33,178 nucleotides of DNA, from positions 66,789,885 through 66,823,062 of the forward strand of contig NC_068984.1 in the NCBI RefSeq assembly GCF_001194135.2. Direction: 5' to 3'. Source of the DNA: Octopus bimaculoides. Its lineage: Eukaryota. A program made the position numbers and the translations under genes. Numbering within the stretch: the stretch's first letter is position 1; each line of letters starts with the position of its first letter. The notes beneath the pieces were generated by a model. The model was not told the DNA's origin. It worked only from the letters and a program-made list of their open reading frames with translations, and ran no database searches. Positions 24,756 through 33,178 of this stretch are shown piece after piece.

Positions 24756-25489
24756 AAATGATTACATTATATGTTTTATTTCTCTGAGGTAACAAAAAAA
24801 TAAAAAATAGAAATAGAAATGAGTTTGTTCTGACTAGTTTCAAGCTTTCTTAAGTCTTCCTTTGAGAGAGAAAAACATCCATTATTCTGTTGAACAAGTG
24901 AGTAGTACCTTATATCTCTATTTAATTGATAGAAATTTGAAGCCATCTCAAATGACCAGAGTAATTTGCACAGCAGTGCATGCTGTGTCAGCAAGGATTA
25001 TGTATTTAATTCATAGTGCAATACACAGTATTTTTAAACAATTTAAAATGTAATGTAAAATATACTTTTTTTGTTTTTTATAAATTTGCAATTTTAGCCT
25101 TGTTGTGAAAATTAAACAAAGAGGTAACACTACAGGTTTTATTTTTCCATTAGCAGCAAAAGTATGTTTGATCTGATTAGTTGTTAATACTTCTTACATC
25201 TTCATCAAAGAAACTATACTCATCTATAGATGAGGAACATCAGTCCCATATTTTTTACCCAAATGATAAAACCTGTATTTTACTTTTCATGGTGAAGCTA
25301 AGATAGCATGTTTATTTAAATTCTTTGGACTATTTAAATTCAGTTCTCTCTTTTAGAAGCTCATATATTATGTAATTATTTAATCATTTCAATTGATTAA
25401 TCACAGTTTCACAGTCTTTCACCTAAGTAAGAAATGAACTCTAACACAATATTTTCATAACAAACATACTCTCTAAGAATTGCCGTCTG

Positions 25490-25565
25490 GATCTGCAAGT
25501 ATATATGAAAATATTTATTAAAGATCCAACAAGATCTGCAGTATATATGAAAACACTTATTAAAG
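25490..25565. repeat. ~34-bp direct repeat, period 43
   Basis: gatctgcaagtatatatgaaaatatttattaaag / gatctgcagtatatatgaaaacacttattaaag. Confidence 0.85.
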
Positions 25566-26844
25566 TATGTTGCTATTTCAGTTTTATTTTCAATTGTTAA
25601 AGCTCAAAGAGATCAACCATTAAACTTTAATAAGACTTTCTAGTAATCTGTTACATAGCACATCATATTTAAATAAGGATGAGAACATTCGAAAAGCTTC
25701 TGTGATCATCTGCATAGCCAGCAGCTTGAAAGTCATACTTCAATAAAACATAATATACTGAACTACAATGAATACTAACACAAAACTGAAGCTGGAGGCA
25801 CAGCATATCTGAATTAGCGATAATATCTCCGATAATGAATCATTATGATTGTCCTTTCAGAAAAGGAGAGGAAATGATTTCAAAGCAGAACCATGGGTAC
25901 AAATATTCTTATGAAGAATTACCAAAAGAATAAAAGCAGTGAGATAACAGAACATCTACACAAGATTTTGCTATCAATAGTCACCATTTAACTGTACAGA
26001 AAATCTAAGCATTTAAGTACTGGGAGGCTTATTGTAATGAACTGAATTATTAAAACATGAAAATGATTAGGAATTATATTACAATGTATCCCATAAATCT
26101 ATATTGTTTTTAATATAAGATAGGGTTCAATTCTGCTTTGTATTCTTGATAATGATCTTCCCAAACTTTACAAATGTTGCCCACCTCCCTTTCTCCAATT
26201 TTCCCTGTCTTCCCCCTCCCATCCATTCTTGCAACCCCCCATCCACTACTACTAACCTTGTATCTTGAGATGCTGCCTGAACACATCATCATCACTACTG
26301 TTTATCATTTATCTCTTTGGAGGTACCACCAATTTATTCTCATTCTCTCTCCTGGATGTGAGTAGCCATGTAGCTTCTTTACAGCATGAACCTGCTCTGC
26401 CTCAACCTCTTCTCTCATACTTTAACCTCCATCTAGCATAAAGATGCACCCCCTATTTCCTTGGGTTTAATAAGTTTGTGAGCTGCATGGTGACCTCAAT
26501 AGTGCATCCAGTATACATTGTAAAGTGGTTTGCATTATAGAAAATGCAAGTAGCCATAGAAACCATGTCAAAGGAGACACTGTAGCACAATGCAGTCTTT
26601 GGACCCATTGGAACTTTGCCGAACTGCCCAGCCCATATCAGTATGGAAATGGACATTAAGTGGTGGTAGTGGTGGTGGTGGTGGTGGTGATGACAGATAA
26701 TGAGCTAATGACATGCCTCAACTTACAGATTTGTTTTTTCCAGTTATACTACACATCAGCTTAGCTGAATACCATACAGTGCAACCCAACATGCAGTAGA
26801 AGATTGCATGAGTAGGTGAGTCAGAGAAATATATTTATAATTGT

Positions 26845-27003
26845 GGAAGAGCAGCACTGTGTGATTAAGTTCGTTTATGAAGCACATGGTCTTAGGTTCA
26901 TTCCCACTCATGGCACTTTGTCTGACTAAGTGCCTTCTGCAACAGCCCTGGACTGATCAAATCCTTTGATAGACAGAAACTATAAGAAACCAATTGTGTG
27001 TGC

Positions 27004-27063
<60 letters not shown>

Positions 27064-27330
27064 ATGCATGCATATGTGTATGTGTGAAAGTGTTTGTGCC
27101 TCTTTGTTTTGACATCACATGACAGTTGTAAACAAGCATCATCATCATACAAACAGTGTTTTTTTTTTGTTTCTAGTTTTCTGTGGAAACATGTCCAGCC
27201 ATGAAAAGAAATTTTAAAAATCTTGCTTGGAAATACATGAGAGTTGATGACAGAAAGGGAACCTTACTATAATCTATCTATCTCAATAAATTCCTTCCAG
27301 CTTGAGGAACTATGGGCATTGATAAATGAT
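26845..27330 (+). mobile_element. Family A SINE, body variant 2, with long internal (TG)n
   Basis: Degenerate head (ggttcattcccact), (TG)n at 27007-27057, then acatgtccagccatg...cttgcttggaaa body shared with 4090-4545 and 32790-32975. Confidence 0.65.
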
Positions 27331-27999
27331 AATGAAAAGTAAAGGAGTATTGTAGTTTCGAACCAGTTCCTTTACATCAACATATCTTGCTGACTACTAC
27401 TTCTCTGATGACATCGACTAGAGAAGAGTTGTATTGCAAATATTTTGATGCCAGAATCTTTCAAGTGTAAAAAAATTCTTGCATCAGTGTAAAAGCTCAA
27501 ATCATAGTGTTAGTTCTAGGAATCAATCAGGTTAAAGCAAATATCTTTGATCCTGATTAGGTTCAATTTACTTCTAATCACACTAGAAACACTGCTGTCT
27601 ATAGAGACATTGATTTTGTAAATTTCATAGGAAAAAAAAACATACTTTTACTTTCTGAGTCATAGTTGTTTGATATTAAGAATTTCCTCATTTTTTAAAA
27701 ATCGCTTTTAGCTGATTAAAAAAAAATGTTGTTAGAGTAATTTTTTTATATGGCAAGAGGGAAGGTTTTGGCAGAACAACATTGCATCCCTAGAATGTAC
27801 AGCAGCCGTTACTTAAACAGTTTAAACTACATAACTGTTGTACAGCATTTGATACACATGTATTTGTCTCTGTTATTCATATATAAGCCATTGGTCACTT
27901 TGAGTTATTTCTAGTTAATGCTTGCATTCTTTTTTTTTTTTTTTTTTTTTNNNNNNNNNNCATTCTTTTTTTTTTTTTTGTTTTCATCTATCTTTGCAT

Positions 28000-28150
28000 T
28001 CAGAGTTCAAATTCTGCTAGGTCAGCTTTGCCTTTCATCCTTTCAGGGTCGATAAAATAGGTACCAGTCAAGCATTAAGTTATTGAAATTCCTGAAATTC
28101 CTGGCCTTGTACCAAAATTTGAAACCTGTATTTGTTTTGTTATCATCATC
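28000..28150 (+). mobile_element. Family B SINE 3' fragment
   Basis: gagttcaaattctgctaggtcagctttgcctttcatcctttcagggtcgataaaataggtaccag...ccaaaatttgaaacc. Confidence 0.7.
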
Positions 28151-28812
28151 ATGTATTGTACGTCTGCAGTGCATTGATAGCACTGAAACAAAGTCTTCCC
28201 AATTAAGGGCGAATTCTCCAGCTGCCTTGTCTCTCTTGTCCAACCAGCTCATCCATTATGTACTTTTCCAGCCTCTTGATCTACTATCCTCTACTCTTCC
28301 TTCTACATTAACTTTTGTTTAATTTCAGTAAATTACCTTGCACAAATATGTTCTACTCATTTTTTATATTTGTCTATATTCCTTGAGTGCTGGAAATAGG
28401 TGAGAACAAATGTTATGCTGAGGATGGCTATTCAGGCAGAAATATGTTTTCTTGAATGTCCTCTTATAGCTAGACAATAAGTTTTTGATTTTCTTTGATG
28501 GTATGTTAGCTTTGGGAAAATTTTGATTTTTGAAATTGTCTCCCTTTCTCATATAGAGCTTTTCTCAATTACCGTTTGATAATTGCAACATCTTCTTTTA
28601 CCATTGAGCCATGTACCTTCACCTATAACCTATATATACATATATATATATATATCTATATTCATATAAAATTAGTGTACATTTAAACACATAAGAGGTG
28701 CCCTGTCAAGACACCTAACATGCTAGAAGGGCCAGTCAAAATCCAAACGCCGGTTAGGAGTAATTTCGAAGGGAATGAAGGAATGAAAACTAAAAGCATT
28801 TACCATATTTTG

Positions 28813-28886
28813 TTACAGGACCATGGCTCCGAACTTTAATTGGCAAATAGAATAATTTGCTCGGTGAAGTTCTCATCAGCAGGTAC
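28813..28886 (-). ncRNA. Degenerate second hammerhead copy (GAAA mutated to GGAG)
   Basis: The minus strand reads tacctg-CTGATGA-GAACTT...AAGTTC-GGAG-CCATGGTC-ctgta. The architecture matches the + copy, but two core adenines are changed. Confidence 0.45.
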
Positions 28887-29280
28887 GCCAAAGATTAACA
28901 TATAATTATAAGGCAAAATAGCTCATGTCTCATCTTTATATATTATAATTTTTCAAATCCACCATGCAAGCACAGTTTTTGTCGGTAGTTTTTGTCGCAG
29001 TTTTTGTCAGGACACCTCTTATGTGTTTAAATTTACACTAATTTTATATGAATAATATATAATCTTTTGACTATTTTTGCATGCTAGGCCACTGGTAGAA
29101 AAATTTCTATAATTTTCCTACCCTGTATATTTTTCCTAATATGATTTTAATAATTTGAAGTAAGTCGACATTTTTATTTGCTGCTGACAAAAACTCTGCT
29201 TGCACAGTGGATTTTAAAAATTATAATATATAAAGATGAGACATCGGCTATTTTGCCTCATAATTATATGTTAATCTTTG

Positions 29281-29357
29281 GCATACCCACTGATGAGAAC
29301 TTCACCTAGCAAATTATTTTATTTGTCAATTAAAGTTCGAAACCATGGTCCAGTAAC
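29281..29357 (+). ncRNA. Type I hammerhead ribozyme-like motif; core intact, stem I imperfect
   Basis: CTGATGA 29290-29296; stem II GAACTT (29297-29302)/AAGTTC (29333-29338) enclosing a gcaaat/atttgt hairpin; GAAA 29339-29342; stem III A-C-[CATG]-G-T within the palindrome ACCATGGT; cleavage triplet GTC ending 29350. The proximal stem I does not pair in this copy (ccca vs cagt). Confidence 0.6.
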
Positions 29358-29797
29358 AAAATATGGCAAATGTTTTTATTTTTCATTCCCTTTGAAATTA
29401 CCCCTAATCATGCTTTGGATTTTGACTGGTCCTTCTAGCATGTTAGGTGTCCTGTCAGGGCACCACTTATATGTTTAAATGTACACTAAATTTATATGAA
29501 TAATATATAGTCTTTTGACTATATTCTGCATGCTAGGCCACTGGTAGAAAAATTTCTATAATTTTCCTACCCTGTATATTTTTCCTAATATATAAATATG
29601 TATATATATATCTCTATATATATATATATATATATACATACACATATTGAATACATGAACATTGAAAATGACAATAACAAACATGAGGATTTGCACATGA
29701 AATGTATTAGTTTGACGTTCAGTAAAAGCAGAGAATCTTTGATATTTTAAGCATAGCTCTTCATTGGAAAAGAAAAAGGGGTAAGGGAAAAGTCCAA

Positions 29798-29906
29798 AGA
29801 AGTAAAGGAAAACACCAATGGCACATGTGTACTTACATTGCTGGAGTATATATATACTCTTGCAATGTAAGTACACGTGTGCTGTTGATGTTTTTTTCTT
29901 ACTTCT
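29798..29906 (+). repeat. Near-perfect 109-nt hairpin centred on (TA)n
   Basis: 29812-29850 pairs with 29853-29891 (39 positions: 2 mismatches, 4 G.U on the + strand). Looser pairing extends to agaagtaa/ttacttct. Confidence 0.9.
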
Positions 29907-29914
29907 TAGCTGCT

Positions 29915-30298
29915 GGAGTGGCTGTGTGGTAAGTAGCTTGCTTACCAACTACATGTTTCCGTGTTCAGTCCCACTGTGTGGCACCTTGGGAAAGTGTCTT
30001 CTACTATAGCCTTGGGCCCACCAAAGCCTTGTGAGTGGATCTGGTAGATGGAAAATGAAAGAAACCTGTTGTATATGTATATATATGTGTGTATGTGTAT
30101 ATGTTTGTGTTTGTCCACCCACCATCGTTTGACAACCGATGGTGTGTTTATGTCCCCGTAACTTAGCAGTTCAGCAAAAGAAACTGATAGAGTAAGTGCT
30201 AGGCTTACAAAAAATAAGTCCTGGGGTCAATTTGTTCGACTAAAGGCGGTGCTCCAGCATGGCTGCAATCAAATGACTGAAACAAATAAAAAAGAAAA
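29915..30298 (+). mobile_element. tRNA/CORE-type SINE (family A, body variant 1)
   Basis: Head ggagtggctgtgtggtaag...gttcagtccc, CORE-like ccttgggaaagtgtctt, internal (TA/TG)n, body ending gactgaaacaaataaaaaagaaaa. Homologous copies lie at 3606-4010 (-), 20600-20850 (+) and 21700-22430 (-). Confidence 0.85.
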
Positions 30299-31025
30299 NN
30301 NNNNNNNNGGTTTCTCAATCAAATACAGAAAAAACTGTGAAGTAACCTGTATTCTTTTGTTCATCAGTACACGTATGGTCAAGATATATAAAAATAAACA
30401 AGAATCAACCTACCACGATGTAGCCATCACAGTAACGATGACTTTTGTTCACAATTATATATCCCTGAAAGAGATTTGAATTTATCCAGTTGCATACATA
30501 TATCTGTGTATGTATATATCTGTATATGTACATATACATACAAACTGTATATATATATTCTTAAAAGTAGTTGCAGAGTTAAATTGATATGTATTTTTCG
30601 AAGTACATTTCATTTTCAACTTATCTTTTCATTGAGAACATGTCTCTTACTTTGAGGATTTGTAAAAAGAGACATCCACACTGACAGATTGTTATCAAAG
30701 TAAATGCTTATTCTGGATCTATTGTAAGAATGAGAAAAAAAAGCAAGATTTTTACATCTTTCCTCTATCATATGAATATATATATATATATATGGTTTGT
30801 TTTTACGAACAGAACCAGGAAAATTCATGAGTCACAAAAGAATGACTTAGGAAAAGGGTGTTAATTCTTTTTATTATTATTTATAGCTGAAGTATGTCAC
30901 TGAGCAATACACAAAGACACACACATATTTTCATGCATCTATAGATGTTTGTGTGTGTGTTTGTGTGTGTATGTGCATATATACACACACATACATATAC
31001 ATGCATATATATATATATATATATA

Positions 31026-31632
31026 NNNNNNNNNNNNNNNNNNNNNNNNNNNNNNNNNNNNNNNNNNNNNNNNNNNNNNNNNNNNNNNNNNNNNNNNNNN
31101 NNNNNNNNNNNNNNNNNNNNNNNNNNNNNNNNNNNNNNNNNNNNNNNNNNNNNNNNNNNNNNNNNNNNNNNNNNNNNNNNNNNNNNNNNNNNNNNNNNNN
31201 NNNNNNNNNNNNNNNNNNNNNNNNNNNNNNNNNNNNNNNNNNNNNNNNNNNNNNNNNNNNNNNNNNNNNNNNNNNNNNNNNNNNNNNNNNNNNNNNNNNN
31301 NNNNNNNNNNNNNNNNNNNNNNNNNNNNNNNNNNNNNNNNNNNNNNNNNNNNNNNNNNNNNNNNNNNNNNNNNNNNNNNNNNNNNNNNNNNNNNNNNNNN
31401 NNNNNNNNNNNNNNNNNNNNNNNNNNNNNNNNNNNNNNNNNNNNNNNNNNNNNNNNNNNNNNNNNNNNNNNNNNNNNNNNNNNNNNNNNNNNNNNNNNNN
31501 NNNNNNNNNNNNNNNNNNNNNNNNNNNNNNNNNNNNNNNNNNNNNNNNNNNNNNNNNNNNNNNNNNNNNNNNNNNNNNNNNNNNNNNNNNNNNNNNNNNN
31601 NNNNNNNNNNNNNNNNNNNNNNNNNNNNNNNN
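31026..31632. other. Assembly gap (10-N gaps also at 27951-27960, 30299-30308 and 32491-32500)
   Basis: N runs. Confidence 1.
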
Positions 31633-32559
31633 ATATATATGTAAGTATATATACATATATATATGTATGTGTGCATATATATATTATATACATGCATTTA
31701 TGTGTATGTATATATATATATGTATATTATATACATACATTTATATGTGTGTATGTATGTATGTATATATATATATTTATATATATATACACATTTATAT
31801 GTGTGTATGTATATATGTACACACACACAAACATACACACACAAGCACATCAATTTTAAAAAAAATATAGTGGCAGTGAAATATTCTTATGTTTTTCCCC
31901 TATATTAGGAATACACTGATAAGAATATATACATATACATATATATACAAAAATGTCTATTTTTAACAGTACAATAACCCTACAGGGATACAGATAGATA
32001 CTTAGTAAAGATTTTCTGTAAAAGATATCAGAAACATTGCTTTTTTTTTTTTAATGTCATAATATTGATTTTCTTCTCTTATCCTTTTTTTCATTTTACT
32101 CTTTGATGTCAGATTTGTCATAAAATACTGATGGTATATCAGAAGCTAAAAGCCTAGGTAAACTATCGCAGTATACCTATGATTAGCTTATATGGAAGAA
32201 TAACATTTTAAATAAAATGCAATAATAATAATAATAATAATAATATCAACAACAACAACAACCACAGTAGTAATAATAACAATAATTATGATGATTATGA
32301 TAGTAATAAGTTACTATTATATATATATGTGTGTGTGTATGTGTGTGTGTGTGTGTGTGTGCACAAATACACTCTCACACACGCTGATAGGCAAATATCC
32401 ACATAGAGGGAAAGAGATTTGAAAAATATATATAGGTGAATACTAAACTTAGAGAAATATATAAATTTTCATTTTTATTATGTACATAAANNNNNNNNNN
32501 TATATATATGCATCTATGTATGTATATACATGTATATATATGTATATAGGATGATAACA

Positions 32560-32975
32560 AGTCTGCTCCCCTTCCCACTGCAAGACACTTTGGACAAGTG
32601 TCTTCTACTTTAGGCTCAGGCAAGCTGAAACTTGTGAGTGGATTCAAAAGATGAAAGCTGTAAGAAACTCGTGTATGTCTAAGTGTGTGTTTGTGTGTGT
32701 GTGTGTGTGTGTGCGTGCATGCAAGTGCATGAGTTTGTGTGTGTGTGTGTCTGCTTTTTTTGGCATTGCGTGATAGTAGTAGAATGATTATCACTGTTAC
32801 ACAAGCAGTGTCATTCATTTTCAATATTCTGCAAGAACATGTCTGGCCATGGGGAAATATTACTTTGTTTGGAATCATATAATGACTGGGAAACAGAAAT
32901 CTACCTCGAAAATCTCTATCCAATCCACCCGAACACGGGAAAGTGATGTTAAAAGGTTGATGGTGATATATATGT
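32560..32975 (+). mobile_element. 5'-truncated family A SINE, body variant 2
   Basis: CORE-like ggacaagtgtcttctac, (TG)n, then acatgtctggccatggggaaatattac...gatgttaaaaggttgatggtgat. Confidence 0.65.
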
Positions 32976-32990
32976 ATATGTATATGCACA

Positions 32991-33150
32991 GGAGTGGCTG
33001 TGTGGTAAGTAGCTTGCTTACCAACCACATGGTTCCGGGTTCATTCCCACTGCGTGGCACCTTGGGCAAGTGTCTTCTACTATAGCCTTGAGTCAACCAA
33101 AGCCTTGTGAGTGGATTTGGTAGACGGAAACTGAAAGAAGCCTGTCGTAT
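32991..33150 (+). mobile_element. Family A SINE head/CORE module running into (TA)n
   Basis: Nearly identical to the 29915 head; contains ccttgggcaagtgtcttctactatagcc and gaaactgaaagaagcc. Confidence 0.85.
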
Positions 33151-33178
33151 ATATGTGTGTATATATATATATATATAT

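Larger units (their letters stand above)
28659..29590. mobile_element. Non-coding foldback element with inverted (~325 bp) and direct (137 bp) repeats and hammerhead motifs; probable Penelope-like element/retrozyme derivative
   Basis: Seen: 28659-28988 is the reverse complement of 29181-29502 (about 90% identical by eye). 29005-29141 is directly repeated at 29453-29590. Both outer flanks are (TA)n. Established: PLEs carry hammerheads in their terminal repeats and show tandem plus inverted repeat arrangements. The class assignment is inference; I found no RT or GIY-YIG ORF. Confidence 0.65.

Noticed and set aside
25690-25760. Minus-strand GYADDH motif resembling a reverse-transcriptase active site
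   Set aside because: Flanking residues show no other RT motif and the frame closes quickly; a 4-residue match is expected by chance.
26130-26440. Pyrimidine-rich tract possibly derived from a LINE ORF end (ORFs 26110-26295 and 26174-26365)
   Set aside because: No convincing RT or endonuclease motif on manual translation.
22480-27430. Other CTGATGA occurrences (about 22484, 22630, 27406; also 2251)
   Set aside because: None is followed by a stem II, GAAA and NUH arrangement.
27925-27980. Apparent duplication cattc(T)n on both sides of a 10-N gap
   Set aside because: Typical unmerged contig overlap at a homopolymer; assembly artefact.
1-33178. CRISPR arrays, rRNA or prokaryotic operons
   Set aside because: There is no regularly spaced repeat-spacer array, no rRNA-like sequence and no gene-dense region; the sequence is metazoan repeat-rich DNA.

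Overview
AT-rich, repeat-saturated eukaryotic non-coding DNA with 8 N-gaps, mostly flanked by (TA)n or other simple repeats. The repeat families look like those of Octopus (my recognition, not a database result). I could not confidently identify any intact protein-coding gene. The long ORFs in the track are microsatellite or N-gap artefacts, and only a few low-confidence small exon candidates remain. The window holds many tRNA/CORE-type SINEs, (GAT)n-tailed RTE-like SINEs, piggyBac-like TTAA MITEs and a decayed hAT (Buster/Charlie-like) transposase remnant. The most interesting feature is a ~930-bp element at 28659-29590. It has ~325-bp inverted arms plus a 137-bp direct repeat. Each arm carries a type I hammerhead-ribozyme core (CUGAUGA...GAAA...GUC) with a palindromic stem III, as in Penelope-like element (PLE)/retrozyme ribozymes. 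Neither copy is a perfect ribozyme. A separate 109-nt near-perfect hairpin (29798-29906) and a 177-nt foldback (13518-13694) are also worth checking. Family labels A-E below are my own working names, and SINE boundaries are approximate.
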